Shown here: positions 38,243-48,360 of the stretch, piece by piece | Numbering within the stretch: the first letter of the stretch is position 1 | How the letters are laid out: each line of letters starts with the position of its first letter | IMG/VR virus record: IMGVR_UViG_3300031992_000007 | Coordinates: 32,001 to 96,000 of that record | From: a virus | Taxonomy: Duplodnaviria > Caudoviricetes | Length of the DNA: 64,000 nucleotides | Reading direction: 5' to 3' (one strand) | Translations under genes and position numbers: made by a program | Notes under the pieces: generated by a model | What the model was told of the DNA's origin: nothing | The model's input: only the letters and a program-made list of their open reading frames with translations | The model's database searches: none

Positions 38243-40447
38243 TTACCATTCAGGAAACTTGTCAAGAATAGTAGGGATTCTCACTGCTCGAACATCAGCT
38301 GGAACCTGAGTTCCATTGACATCGTGGTCCAAAGCATATGCCATATTCAGATCGTACGTATCAAGCCCAATGCCAGACAGTTTAACCATCTCGGCAACAG
38401 GGACTTGGTTACGTGTAATCAGACTGGGTGTAAAGACAACATTGTCTTCATAGTCCTTGGAGCTCACTGACACAATAGGTTCATAAGCAAAACCTGTAGG
38501 AAGAACCACAGGATCACTTATCTTCTCAAGTGCTTCAAGTGCTCTTGCAGCAACGATGATGTCTTCCGGATCTTTACCAGCATCTCGTCCGTCAACTAGA
38601 TTGTTTTCGAACAGAGCTTTGCTAGCAGCTCCTCCACCACCAGACACTGGAATGACAGATGAATCATACGCAGCTTCAGTTGCTTCGATAGAGGGGATCT
38701 TCTCCTTAGGTTTGCTAACCTTCTCAGCAGAGATAGATGGCGGAGCATCATCTGCGCTAAGAGTAGGTCCTCTTTCTTTGGCAGCTTTCTGGGCAGCAGC
38801 ATTAGCACGAACATTCATCGTAGTGTTGCCAGGGGTGATACCAGATGCAGGAGGTGCATTGGTGTGGTTATCCACAACAGCAGTCTCCAACATCTCCTCT
38901 ATCAAGTCCTCCAAAGGAGTTCCTGTGCGCTTAGCTTCTTCTACGAGATTCTTGGCAACCTCCATAGCTGGAGCAGGGGTTTTGGTGATAACATCGACAA
39001 GGTTACCGATGTCCTGCTTTTCGTACAGAGTTCCATATTCCTGTTCGTACTGTGCAATAGGTTCACCAAGCTTCGGCTGAACAGGCAAGGGTTGATAAGT
39101 TCCAGTGTCGTCCAGATAGTAGTAAGTCTTGGGAACTGGTTCACCTGCGTCATTCGAAGGTTTCTGGGGATCGATCTGAACAGTCCTATCCGACACCGGA
39201 ATGTGAGTTTCCGTGGTTGGACTCTTGGTTGGAGGATTGGAAGGCTCTGGCTTGACCAAAGCATCAGTTACCGACTTAACAGAATCAGCACATCTCTGAG
39301 CTCTCTCAGAAACAGGCGTTCTTCCAATTATGTCGTTAGCACGATGATCTGTCATCCTTGCGCCAGTGCAATTTCTTCCACCACCTTTACCACCACGAGA
39401 CCAAGGTCTAGCTCTGAACATATCTCCAGAGTCTGTTCCAAGGTTGCACATGATGTCATTGAGCAACTCGACATAGTGGTCTCCACCACCACCTGATCTG
39501 ATAGCGTCACACAAGGTAGCTGTGAGTTCATGACGAAGATCATGATGAGCAGCTTGTCTGGAGAAACTCCTAAGAGACTTAAGAGCACCATGAACAGCCA
39601 TACTGCCAATGATAGCAGCAGCTGCTGTTCTACCAGCAAGCAAACCAACAGTACCGAACTCTGCACCAAGCATAGCGGCTATCTGGCCAGGACAGACGAA
39701 TCTCTGCTCAGCCCAACCAACCTGTCCCTGATTAAGAGCATTGAGACAATCACGAATACCTCTGAGATAGTCGACAATGTCAACTTCACTCATCTGCATG
39801 ATAGCAGCGGCATACTGACAGAACTCACATTCAGGATAGGGTCTGTTAGCACAGAACTCCGTCTGGAAGTCACGAGCTGTTTCCCACTGTGCCTGGTTGA
39901 TAACAGGAACGTCAGAATTCAGAACGTCGTCTATGGTAGACAGAATGGTCGTGCCTATACCAGGGGTCTGTTCCTGCACAGGTTGCTGTACAGGCGCTTG
40001 CACTCCCTGTTGGGTGCTTTTGAATGCATCGGCTATTTGAGCCTGAGGCTGCTCCTGCTGCTCTTCATTAGCGAAAGCAGCTTGTTCCTTAGCAGCAGCT
40101 TGATCGAGCACATTCTGAGTTGCCTCATCATTAGCTCCACTACCACTATAAAGGTTAGGAGGGCAACCCTTTCCTCCACAAGCACTTTTACCACAACAAC
40201 CACCACAACAACATCCACCACCGCCACTACCAGTCTTAGAACTGGTACCGCCAGCACAGCAGCTAGAGGTAGAAGCAGCGAATTCACCAGAAGCAAGTAC
40301 CTGCATGTCGGACTTAGCTTTGCAAGCACAAGGTAGGTCTGCAGCAGACTTCGCCATTTTCATCAGATAGGTCTTGACGCAGGCAACAGGAACACCAACA
40401 TTAGAACAGCATTTTGCTACGCCGTCTGTTTGACCAATCTTGTACAT
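38243..40447 (-). CDS. hypothetical protein with Cys/Gly-rich N-terminus
   Basis: 734 aa; AGGAGG SD; GGGGCCCGGCCGKSACGGKGC segment. Confidence 0.7.
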   Translation of the reverse strand: MYKIGQTDGVAKCCSNVGVPVACVKTYLMKMAKSAADLPCACKAKSDMQVLASGEFAASTSSCCAGGTSSKTGSGGGGCCCGGCCGKSACGGKGCPPNLYSGSGANDEATQNVLDQAAAKEQAAFANEEQQEQPQAQIADAFKSTQQGVQAPVQQPVQEQTPGIGTTILSTIDDVLNSDVPVINQAQWETARDFQTEFCANRPYPECEFCQYAAAIMQMSEVDIVDYLRGIRDCLNALNQGQVGWAEQRFVCPGQIAAMLGAEFGTVGLLAGRTAAAAIIGSMAVHGALKSLRSFSRQAAHHDLRHELTATLCDAIRSGGGGDHYVELLNDIMCNLGTDSGDMFRARPWSRGGKGGGRNCTGARMTDHRANDIIGRTPVSERAQRCADSVKSVTDALVKPEPSNPPTKSPTTETHIPVSDRTVQIDPQKPSNDAGEPVPKTYYYLDDTGTYQPLPVQPKLGEPIAQYEQEYGTLYEKQDIGNLVDVITKTPAPAMEVAKNLVEEAKRTGTPLEDLIEEMLETAVVDNHTNAPPASGITPGNTTMNVRANAAAQKAAKERGPTLSADDAPPSISAEKVSKPKEKIPSIEATEAAYDSSVIPVSGGGGAASKALFENNLVDGRDAGKDPEDIIVAARALEALEKISDPVVLPTGFAYEPIVSVSSKDYEDNVVFTPSLITRNQVPVAEMVKLSGIGLDTYDLNMAYALDHDVNGTQVPADVRAVRIPTILDKFPEW

Positions 40448-40458
40448 GGCGTTCCTCC

Positions 40459-41169
40459 TTAAATGTTATTCGATATCATCATTCCTTCAAGAAGGACTCT
40501 ACCGATAGTTGCCGACCTGGCACGGGTTCTTGGATCAAGAGAAGACAGCTTAGCTTCACCATTCTCCTCAAGCTGACGGCTGAAATCACCATAAGCGTTG
40601 ACGTCGCCTCCACGAACTCTTACAAGTTCATTCAAGGTCTGGTCAAGACCTCTAACGTGCAAGGACTGGATTTCAATACCCGAGATAGCCGAAGCTTTGT
40701 CAGTCGAAACAACCTGTCCGGTCAGAGCATCGATCTTGTTGTCACGCTCAGGGACAGATAGCTTCTTATCAACTTCTTGCTGAGCCCTTCTAATAGGAAG
40801 AGTGAGAACAAGATACTTCTCGTTGGTAAGGTATTTCTTACCAGGTCTCGTTCTGTCAGGAAGCCACAGTCTGTGAGATGTCTTGTAGTTGACAGCTTTG
40901 GCTGCTTCAAGAAGATCCGCAATACGAAGCTGTTTCTTCATGTTGGGCATGACAAGGTTCATCGCAACCTTCTTATCTGCAAGATGCTTCATGAACTTCT
41001 CAAAACCCTTATCATCCAACTCCTTGAAGAATGTCTTCCAGCGTTTCGTATTATCGCCAGCGGGATCGAGGATATCCATTACCTTGTAAACATAGCTCTC
41101 TATCTTCGACCGAGCAGCCTTGTGCTTGGCATCAAGACTCTCTGTAGACGGTGTTGCTTGTTCAGACAT
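40459..41169 (-). CDS. virion RNA polymerase beta C-terminal subunit (phiKZ gp149-like)
   Basis: LPIRRAQQ..KKLSVP..IDALTGQ, ELVRVRGGD; GGAGG SD before MSEQATPSTES. Confidence 0.8.
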   Translation of the reverse strand: MSEQATPSTESLDAKHKAARSKIESYVYKVMDILDPAGDNTKRWKTFFKELDDKGFEKFMKHLADKKVAMNLVMPNMKKQLRIADLLEAAKAVNYKTSHRLWLPDRTRPGKKYLTNEKYLVLTLPIRRAQQEVDKKLSVPERDNKIDALTGQVVSTDKASAISGIEIQSLHVRGLDQTLNELVRVRGGDVNAYGDFSRQLEENGEAKLSSLDPRTRARSATIGRVLLEGMMISNNI

Positions 41170-41264
41170 AAATCCTCCGTACAATAAGCATTTACATAAA
41201 ATAAGGAAAAAGAAAAAGAGAGAAGAGCTTGCGCCCTTCTCCTTCGAGTGAGGCCTTTTCGACC

Positions 41265-41471
41265 TCACTCCCTGTTCGCAGTCTTGCTAATGATGATGCA
41301 TTCAGCAGCGACAGCCGCCGTGATAACCACGGCCAACGTCGCCACAGGATGCGCCTCAACCGCATCGAAGAAGCGCTCGATGCACCCCTTCTTGTTCTGT
41401 TGCTGGAGCTGCATAGCCTTGAGCTGCTGCTCCTGGATCTTCGTGATCATTTCCAACATTTCCTTGTCCAT
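41265..41471 (-). CDS. small membrane-anchored hypothetical protein
   Basis: 68 aa, hydrophobic C-terminal helix; early motif TACATTAC at 41552-41559. Confidence 0.6.
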   Translation of the reverse strand: MDKEMLEMITKIQEQQLKAMQLQQQNKKGCIERFFDAVEAHPVATLAVVITAAVAAECIIISKTANRE

Positions 41472-41551
41472 TGTCTTTTCCTTTTTGTATCCCGGCTCCC
41501 GCGCATCATGCGCAGGAGCTCAGGATGGGTTTTATTGTTTCGTACGCCAAG

Positions 41552-41559
41552 GTAATGTA
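41552..41559 (-). promoter_or_regulatory. early promoter motif variant TACATTAC
   Basis: Intergenic, same orientation and context as the other copies. Confidence 0.65.
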
Positions 41560-41587
41560 TAAACGAACAAATTTGATTAACACGAAA

Positions 41588-41914
41588 TCACGAACGACTC
41601 ATTACAGTGATCTTGAAAGGCTTCTTCTTGGAGCCAATGCTGACCGTGCACTCGTACCTGCCATCCTGGGTCACACCGTGAGGAACCTCGGTCTCGAATT
41701 GGAACACGAAGTTATCCGCGTCGTATTCGAGCATATGACTCATCTCAGAGAGTGCGATTTCCGTATCCTCAGCGGACAGGGAGTCAACAGTCTCCTGGAG
41801 AATGTCAGTAAACTCAGTGAGAAGTTCCTGCCAGTCATCAGTCAGTATAAACTGGGCAAGCTTGGAACCGAACTCATTCAAACGTTCTTTAGTAATCGTC
41901 GGGGTCTTCTTCAT
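41588..41914 (-). CDS. hypothetical protein
   Basis: Acidic ORF MKKTPTITKERL..., GAGGA SD; start uncertain. Confidence 0.55.
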   Translation of the reverse strand: MKKTPTITKERLNEFGSKLAQFILTDDWQELLTEFTDILQETVDSLSAEDTEIALSEMSHMLEYDADNFVFQFETEVPHGVTQDGRYECTVSIGSKKKPFKITVMSRS

Positions 41915-42200
41915 TGTCATCATCCTCTGTTTGGCAGCCGTCATCTTCATCAGGGAAGATATCCTCACTGCCGTCAGGGATATCCTCTGGAGTTTGCTTT
42001 GCTTCAGACTCTTGTTCTTCGGCAACAGTTTGAATTTCCTCTTTATGAGGTAAGATGTTCTCAAGTTCAGGGAATAGAATTCCTCTGGACGGATCCTCTT
42101 TGTAGCAATCGAAACACAGATTGCTTACCGAGTATTCCCGATATTCCTCAGGCCACTCGTAACGATCTGTGTGCTTGCCACAGTATTTACACAGTGCCAT
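41889..42200 (-). CDS. small Zn-finger protein (CxxC...CxxC) with acidic tail
   Basis: CKYC...CFDC; GGAGG SD; early promoter at 42255. Confidence 0.65.
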   Translation of the reverse strand: MALCKYCGKHTDRYEWPEEYREYSVSNLCFDCYKEDPSRGILFPELENILPHKEEIQTVAEEQESEAKQTPEDIPDGSEDIFPDEDDGCQTEDDDNEEDPDDY

Positions 42201-42254
42201 ACATTTGGTTTACCTCCTGTATAAGTTTCGATATCATTAGACATTTGCGATAAA

Positions 42255-42262
42255 GTAATATA
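42255..42262 (-). promoter_or_regulatory. early promoter motif TATATTAC
   Basis: Exact motif upstream of 42200. Confidence 0.75.
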
Positions 42263-42346
42263 TAATCACGTGTCCAATGGGATCCTTTACACTTTTATTG
42301 GCACACACATACTTATGAATAATTTTGCAACCGAAAGGAGGCCGAT

Positions 42347-42817
42347 ATGTTTGGCCCTGTAAACAACGCATCTACTCTTTGGGTTCCTGTCAAAGTTCCT
42401 GTTGGCAAAGCTGCCCTCCAGGACTTCATGCGCAACTGGAAAGAAGGACAAATGCAGGGAGCCCCGTTCAATGGTGAAATCAATTTGCCTTCCGAAGATC
42501 CTAAACGGAAGATAACAATCGACGAAAACAAGATCAGTCATTGCATAACAGAGATCGACGAGAACTCGTTCGATCCGACCAAGAACACAGTCATGGCGAG
42601 AGTTAGATTCTGTGGTCCGTACGGAGCTGAAGCTCGAGAGAAATACATCAGGAAAGATCTCCGCTTCATTACTCGTACTGTCGGAGTCAAGCACAAGACT
42701 ACTGGCGAGCGCAAAGATGCAATCGTTACTGTCGACTGTGTATCTCGTCCTACGGATCCGAAACTTGTTGACGACTGCAGGACTTATTTGGATAGTGTTA
42801 AAGCAAAACGCGGTTAA
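42347..42817 (+). CDS. degenerate paralog of the prohead protease (probably inactive)
   Basis: GEINLP..IDENKISH..RFCGPYG..FITRT..VTVDCV parallels GEWGHP..IDRTKVSH..KPFGPYG..FSLRS..VTFDAV of 9115..9969; GGAGG SD. Confidence 0.6.
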   Translation: MFGPVNNASTLWVPVKVPVGKAALQDFMRNWKEGQMQGAPFNGEINLPSEDPKRKITIDENKISHCITEIDENSFDPTKNTVMARVRFCGPYGAEAREKYIRKDLRFITRTVGVKHKTTGERKDAIVTVDCVSRPTDPKLVDDCRTYLDSVKAKRG

Positions 42818-42879
42818 AAATAAAAATGAATAGACATCCAGGGCCCCCGAAATGGGAGCCCTGGTGTCCAGATCTTTTT

Positions 42880-44094
42880 TTATAACGAAAGTTGGATCTC
42901 GTGATTGGCTCTTATACAAGCAGCCAACACTTCATCTGATTCCGTACCATCGATGATCTCCATGAGCGGAAGTCCACACGCCTTGTAGTCGTGTTTGGTG
43001 AAGAACCTGATAAGGCGGATGGTTGCATCCACGTCTTCCTTGACCTTGTCAAAGATGTGGATATTCTCACCTACATTCAGGATCACCATGAACATCTCCG
43101 CACGAGCGTCGGCGTTCATTCCATCTACAGCAAGATCAACAAACTTCTTGATAGCCAAGATGAGTTTGACTGTCTCGCTGTCTGGATGTCGGAACTGCTC
43201 GAACAACTCAGGAGTGAAGATCTTCCTGGATATCCGATCAGGTTTGCTCTTATTGATGTACTTGTACAGACGTTCTACGAAGTCTGATACCAGTTGTCTG
43301 CGCTGCTCAGCAGCTTCCTCTTCAGCTTTGCGCTTCAGTTCAGCTTGCTTCTCGAGCTCGATCTGTTCCTTCTCTTCCTCAGTGAAGTAGACCTGCTGAT
43401 CGCAGTGTTCCAAGACCATTGATCCTTTCTCATCCCAGAACTTCATAATGAAGCCCTGATCACCAGAGTCTTTTAAGACGGTGTTCTCGAACGACTTGTC
43501 CCAACCTATGCATTCGCACACTTTGGTCAAATAGTAAGCAGCATGCTGGAGAACTGGGCTGAGGACAGGAAGAGTCACGATCCTTGAGTACAGACAATAC
43601 AAAGCATAGAGGTTTTCTTTCCACGCTTGAGTATCGAAGATCTCCCAAGGTCCGGCAATATGGTCATCGATAGAAGGGTTATCGTACTCCTTCTTGATGT
43701 AATGTACCAGAACCTTGGCATCATACACTGCCTTCCTCAACTCCGGCACCATAGCGACATGCTCACCAAATGGATCGGTGGACATCATCTCTGTAGGCAC
43801 ATCGGGGTTAGCGTAGACTGTACCCAGACCATTCCTGTTCAGTACGGTATGGAACCACTGTACTCTGTCAGTGATCTCACTCATTCGAACAATGTAGTTG
43901 CGAATAAACGCATGTCTGAACATCTTCGGGATGTTGGTGAGCTTCCAGTTAGATCTATCCGGAAGGAAGTGATCCAACCCGTTCTCCAGTTTCTCGATCT
44001 CGTCCGCTATATCACCGACCTTTTCCAAGTCAAGCTTGAATGGAGTCGGCACAATCTGACTGTTGAGCAAGTCTTCAGCCTTCTTTGTGTCCAT
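42880..44094 (-). CDS. hypothetical protein
   Basis: ~404 aa, GGAGG SD before MDTKKAEDLL. Confidence 0.7.
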   Translation of the reverse strand: MDTKKAEDLLNSQIVPTPFKLDLEKVGDIADEIEKLENGLDHFLPDRSNWKLTNIPKMFRHAFIRNYIVRMSEITDRVQWFHTVLNRNGLGTVYANPDVPTEMMSTDPFGEHVAMVPELRKAVYDAKVLVHYIKKEYDNPSIDDHIAGPWEIFDTQAWKENLYALYCLYSRIVTLPVLSPVLQHAAYYLTKVCECIGWDKSFENTVLKDSGDQGFIMKFWDEKGSMVLEHCDQQVYFTEEEKEQIELEKQAELKRKAEEEAAEQRRQLVSDFVERLYKYINKSKPDRISRKIFTPELFEQFRHPDSETVKLILAIKKFVDLAVDGMNADARAEMFMVILNVGENIHIFDKVKEDVDATIRLIRFFTKHDYKACGLPLMEIIDGTESDEVLAACIRANHEIQLSL

Positions 44095-44680
44095 TGTTGT
44101 CCTCCGGAAGTTTGGCGGCTTCAACCGTAGCTTCCTCTACAGAAGCATCGATCTTGCTGAGAATTTGACTGTATTCGTTGAAGACGAAGGAAATCTTCGC
44201 CACGTAGGCTCCAAGAACAGGATCCTTTGGCTCCATATCCGAGAGCTTCAGACTCTGCGGCTTCTTCTCATCCCTCTTGTAGATGTTGAAAGCCAGCTTG
44301 ACGATAGCCGAGTCCGTCAGCTTAACCACATCCTCGTCGGTGTAGTCGAAGAGCTGAGCCAGAGTTGCAACAGCCGTGAGAATATTACGCATATCCTCAA
44401 CATCCTGCTGAGAGAGGGGATGCTCCCTGTACTTCTCCTGACCGCTCTTGAATGCCTGGTTGACCATCAGGGCTTCGCCGAGATGGACACCATCGAACGG
44501 ATGCCAGAACTTGTTGCCGTCCAAGTCATCCACGAGAACGTAGAACTGGAACTTGTTGGCGATCACACGACATACGTCATGCAGGTTGTGTTTCTCGATG
44601 GCTGCAACTGCATCATCCATCGTAGAGTAAACCTTGACGACCTTTTTACTTTTTGTTTCTGAAGTAGATTGCTCGCTCAT
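44075..44680 (-). CDS. hypothetical protein
   Basis: AGGAG SD before MSEQSTSETK. Confidence 0.65.
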   Translation of the reverse strand: MSEQSTSETKSKKVVKVYSTMDDAVAAIEKHNLHDVCRVIANKFQFYVLVDDLDGNKFWHPFDGVHLGEALMVNQAFKSGQEKYREHPLSQQDVEDMRNILTAVATLAQLFDYTDEDVVKLTDSAIVKLAFNIYKRDEKKPQSLKLSDMEPKDPVLGAYVAKISFVFNEYSQILSKIDASVEEATVEAAKLPEDNNGHKEG

Positions 44681-45347
44681 TGATGCGCTCCTTTCTGAGT
44701 TGTAGAAGTTTGCCAGTTGTTTTTCTTTCGTCTTCGTTGTAGCTGAAGTCAACGTTAGACAGTTCGATGGGTTCGTCTGTACCACAGGGTAAAGACCAGG
44801 AAGAACGATGAAGGTCGATATAGTAGAAACTCTTAGGTGTGTCGAACACCTTGAGAGTAATCACATACCTTATAGCTGGGATAGTCCTAGCTGTAGAACC
44901 TTTCTTAGTCAGCCAGTTCTTGACTCTGTCAGACCACTCTTGTTTGATCTGTGTACGTTCGAACCTAGTTGACAACTCGATGTATGTTTCCTCGGTTTTG
45001 GTCTGGATCAACCAGGCTGATTCACCGTAGTAGTACTTGGAACCCAAGCTGCCAGATGGGTTATTCTTGTGCGTGTAGTCAAACAAAACCAGATCCGTGC
45101 GGATCGTGCGGTCGTTGACAAAATTGATCAGTGAATTATGAACTCGTATAGAGGCTGTTTCGAATGTGTTCTTGATTCCGAACTCTCCACTCTTTCCCAA
45201 CCCCTGTGACAGGAACTTGACCTCATCGACCGTTGCGATCTGTTTCATCAACTTAGCAGCCAGAGTTAGCTGGGTAGTATAAGGAAACAGACATTGTGTT
45301 TCTTGTTGTTCACCGTGATAGTAGATAGGAACTCGTTGTACTCTCAT
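44646..45347 (-). CDS. hypothetical protein
   Basis: 233 aa, AGGAG SD. Confidence 0.6.
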   Translation of the reverse strand: MRVQRVPIYYHGEQQETQCLFPYTTQLTLAAKLMKQIATVDEVKFLSQGLGKSGEFGIKNTFETASIRVHNSLINFVNDRTIRTDLVLFDYTHKNNPSGSLGSKYYYGESAWLIQTKTEETYIELSTRFERTQIKQEWSDRVKNWLTKKGSTARTIPAIRYVITLKVFDTPKSFYYIDLHRSSWSLPCGTDEPIELSNVDFSYNEDERKTTGKLLQLRKERINERAIYFRNKK

Positions 45348-45412
45348 TCGAACTCCTTTCTTTAAAGCCCCAACACCTACCGGGCAGAACCCGGTAGGCG
45401 CCAGGGATTACG

Positions 45413-47719
45413 TTAGATAGGCTTCGCAAGGACAATAGTTGACTTACGACGCCAGACTGTTCCTGTGAAGTGGGATGTCTGTTGACGATCTCCACGACCA
45501 TACAGGAAACCTTTCTTCTCGCCCAGTTTCAAACACTGTCCAAGATTCTCGAATATGATGTGCCTGACCTGACAACGAGCACGCAACTCCTTAGGAATGT
45601 TGATGCACACTCGTTCAGTATTGACTGGAAGAACAGCTAGAACATGCCAGTCTCCATAGACGACCGTATGAACCTTCTTGGATCGGTTGATACGTTCCAG
45701 GACCAGATAGTTCGGCTGTGTGGTAGACGCATGGATAACAATACACTCATCGTCAAGAACATCAGACACATACACGGCATCGCGCAGTGTAGCCATGACA
45801 TTCAACGACCTTCTGGTTGTCTTGTCATCGACGGTGTACTCAAGCCACTCGCCCTTCTTCGTAATGACTGTGAACTTGTCGTTGACCAGGATTGTTCTGC
45901 TGACGTTGTCTGTCGCCGCAGCTACTCCTGTAACAGCAAGCACACCACCATCCTTAGCAACGGCGGCTGTATTCTTCTGACCATTGAACTTATAGATCGA
46001 CCTAGCCTTCATGTACTTCGGAAGGTCATCACCTTCCTTGAGATTCTCCTCGTGACCAAGGGCCAACAGATACTGGAAGTCGTCTGTTCTGTCGAACAGC
46101 TCGAACTCAACCTGTTCAGCTGGGAAGGTTTTGAGGACATCATCCATCTCTTCAAGAGATTCCAGCATGATGTAGCCCGTCTCCTTGTACCTGGCATAAC
46201 CGACATACTTGGGGATCAAGCATCTCTGCGGGAACTTCTTGACAAACTCTTGTTCAAACTTCTCAATAGACTCGATCATCAGGTCATTGACCTTAGTCGA
46301 CAGAGTCTGAAGTTTCTTGCGCTTCTCATCCACTTCCTTCATCGCGCGGATAAGCTCATCCTTACCGGTTCCGGTAAGCTGACTCAACCTAAGACTGTTC
46401 AGGTAATTAGCCTGGAAGCTAGTCAGGTTGAATCTCTTAGCGATCTCTCTAACTGCATCCTCTGGAGAAGCAGCTGTATTGTAGATGTTTGTAACTTCTT
46501 TAGCATGATCTGCGATGATGATCAACGCCTTGAGCTGGCGAAGTCTTTCGATACACGCATCGATCTTCTGTTTGAGGTCACCCAGAACAGATTCATTGCG
46601 GACCTTGTACCAGCGGTTGAGAAGAGTGAAAGGTGTCTCAACAAGCTTCTTACCACGGTTATCCACGAAGGTTGGTTCAGGTACCCAGGAGGATGAGAAC
46701 ACAACTCTCTTCTTCAGTTCTGCAAGAATATCAAAGGGGTTGACACCTCTTCTCAAGATACAGTTGAAGTTACCGCGCATGATGCCCGCACCAGACTTCT
46801 TGCCCGTAAAGTCCTCCATCTGCTGGAATGTTCTCTGCTCCCAAGTATTCTTGGCAAGCTTTGTACTCATCTGACAACCAACAGCATCTGTGGTCGAGTG
46901 AAACTCCTCATTCGGAGCAATGGTAGAGAAGATGATGTTGAAAGCGAACGAGTTGTTGTCGTACACTATCTTCATCTTACCATCAGTCACGATCGGGAAG
47001 TTGAACTCACCTCTCTGATAGGCTTTAATCAAAGCCTTGCTGTTGCGAAGATAACTGTCAGTGGCATAGTCCGGAATCAGATACTTGCAGAGGGTCTTCT
47101 CCCACCGCTGCCAATCCTGCCTTGTTGCTCTGAGCTTGATATACTCCTTGGCCAACTTGCAGACATTAGCCAACCCATATGCTGGTGTGCACGTTCTGCA
47201 GCCAGATGCAATACCGAAAGACCTTATCAGCAATGTTGTCGGGATCCTCGGTTTAAGATACAGAGGTTCCAAACCATCTTCGGACTCAGGCGGAACCATG
47301 TGGATAGTTGCCTGGTTGGTATCACCGAAGAAGATTGCTTCTGCTACTTCAGATCTCGCAACGTCCACATATCGCATTGCAGCTGCACCATGACCATCAT
47401 TGGAGTAAGCTCCGATGTTGGATTCGGAATACACCAACGGAACCACATGTGTAAATGGCTGAGCCAAGTTGACGATGGCATCTGCGATGGATTGGTCACC
47501 ATGTGGATGCAGTTTCATCACATCACCAACCAGGATCGTTTCCTTGTGAAGAGTTTCGAAATCTTTGTTCTTGTGTATGGCCCAGACAATTCGGCGCTGA
47601 ACGGGTTTAAGACCATCGATACAGTTCGGAAGTTTGGTCCACACTGTGTAGTCTGTGTACCTGGCCATATTGTCGCATATGGACTCCGAACAGGACATCT
47701 CAGATTTGAATTCTGTCAT
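45413..47719 (-). CDS. gyrA: type IIA topoisomerase subunit A (GyrA/ParC-like)
   Basis: DGLKPVQRRI, HPHGDQSI, AAAMRY catalytic Tyr motif; divergent C-terminal domain. Confidence 0.88.
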   Translation of the reverse strand: MTEFKSEMSCSESICDNMARYTDYTVWTKLPNCIDGLKPVQRRIVWAIHKNKDFETLHKETILVGDVMKLHPHGDQSIADAIVNLAQPFTHVVPLVYSESNIGAYSNDGHGAAAMRYVDVARSEVAEAIFFGDTNQATIHMVPPESEDGLEPLYLKPRIPTTLLIRSFGIASGCRTCTPAYGLANVCKLAKEYIKLRATRQDWQRWEKTLCKYLIPDYATDSYLRNSKALIKAYQRGEFNFPIVTDGKMKIVYDNNSFAFNIIFSTIAPNEEFHSTTDAVGCQMSTKLAKNTWEQRTFQQMEDFTGKKSGAGIMRGNFNCILRRGVNPFDILAELKKRVVFSSSWVPEPTFVDNRGKKLVETPFTLLNRWYKVRNESVLGDLKQKIDACIERLRQLKALIIIADHAKEVTNIYNTAASPEDAVREIAKRFNLTSFQANYLNSLRLSQLTGTGKDELIRAMKEVDEKRKKLQTLSTKVNDLMIESIEKFEQEFVKKFPQRCLIPKYVGYARYKETGYIMLESLEEMDDVLKTFPAEQVEFELFDRTDDFQYLLALGHEENLKEGDDLPKYMKARSIYKFNGQKNTAAVAKDGGVLAVTGVAAATDNVSRTILVNDKFTVITKKGEWLEYTVDDKTTRRSLNVMATLRDAVYVSDVLDDECIVIHASTTQPNYLVLERINRSKKVHTVVYGDWHVLAVLPVNTERVCINIPKELRARCQVRHIIFENLGQCLKLGEKKGFLYGRGDRQQTSHFTGTVWRRKSTIVLAKPI

Positions 47720-47788
47720 ACCTGCTTCCTTCCTATTAAAGGATAGACTGACCTAGTAAAACGATATCCAATGTCCTTCATCACAAAA

Positions 47789-47796
47789 GTAATATA
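47789..47796 (-). promoter_or_regulatory. early promoter motif TATATTAC
   Basis: Exact motif upstream of the gyrA-like gene. Confidence 0.75.
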
Positions 47797-47851
47797 TCGC
47801 TATTAGCAAGACTAAATATCCTGGCTACAATAAGCAAAAATAAAGATAGAA

Positions 47852-47878
47852 GCATCTGGCGGACGAACCGCCAGATGC
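47852..47878 (-). terminator. intrinsic terminator
   Basis: GCATCTGGCGG-acgaa-CCGCCAGATGC plus a T-rich tract on the minus strand. Confidence 0.8.
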
Positions 47879-47883
47879 CCCAA

Positions 47884-48324
47884 TCACTGCACACTTTTGT
47901 ATTTCTCTTTGGTCTTCGAGGTACTGAAAGTGTGCACCTCTCCGAGATCGTCTTTGAACGTGACAGACCTGTCAATGATTTCAAATCCGAGAGTTCTCAT
48001 GGTTTCTTCAAACCTGTTGTTAGAAATGCCGCCTTTTTCCAAAGTACGAATTAGGTTTTGAGTGTCACTCTTAGCCTGTTCGCGGGTGCGGTCCTCGACA
48101 GTTCTAAAGTACTCTACGGACTTATCGCTGAAGTATGATCTGCCTATCTCAAACGAAACGAAGACATCGCGCATCAGCAAGTCCAAACTATTCTGAGAGT
48201 CTCTCACGTCTTGCGCACTGAAGACAGGAGCACCATCTCTCATTCTAGAATGACTTATTGCAGACACGGACGGTCCAGCGCTCAGTAGCGCACGGATGTT
48301 CTCGTCTGGTGTTGGAATGTGCAT
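47884..48324 (-). CDS. hypothetical protein
   Basis: 146 aa, GGAGGAG SD. Confidence 0.65.
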   Translation of the reverse strand: MHIPTPDENIRALLSAGPSVSAISHSRMRDGAPVFSAQDVRDSQNSLDLLMRDVFVSFEIGRSYFSDKSVEYFRTVEDRTREQAKSDTQNLIRTLEKGGISNNRFEETMRTLGFEIIDRSVTFKDDLGEVHTFSTSKTKEKYKSVQ

Positions 48325-48360
48325 ATGTCAATAACTCCTCCAAGTGAAGTTTTGTTCTGC

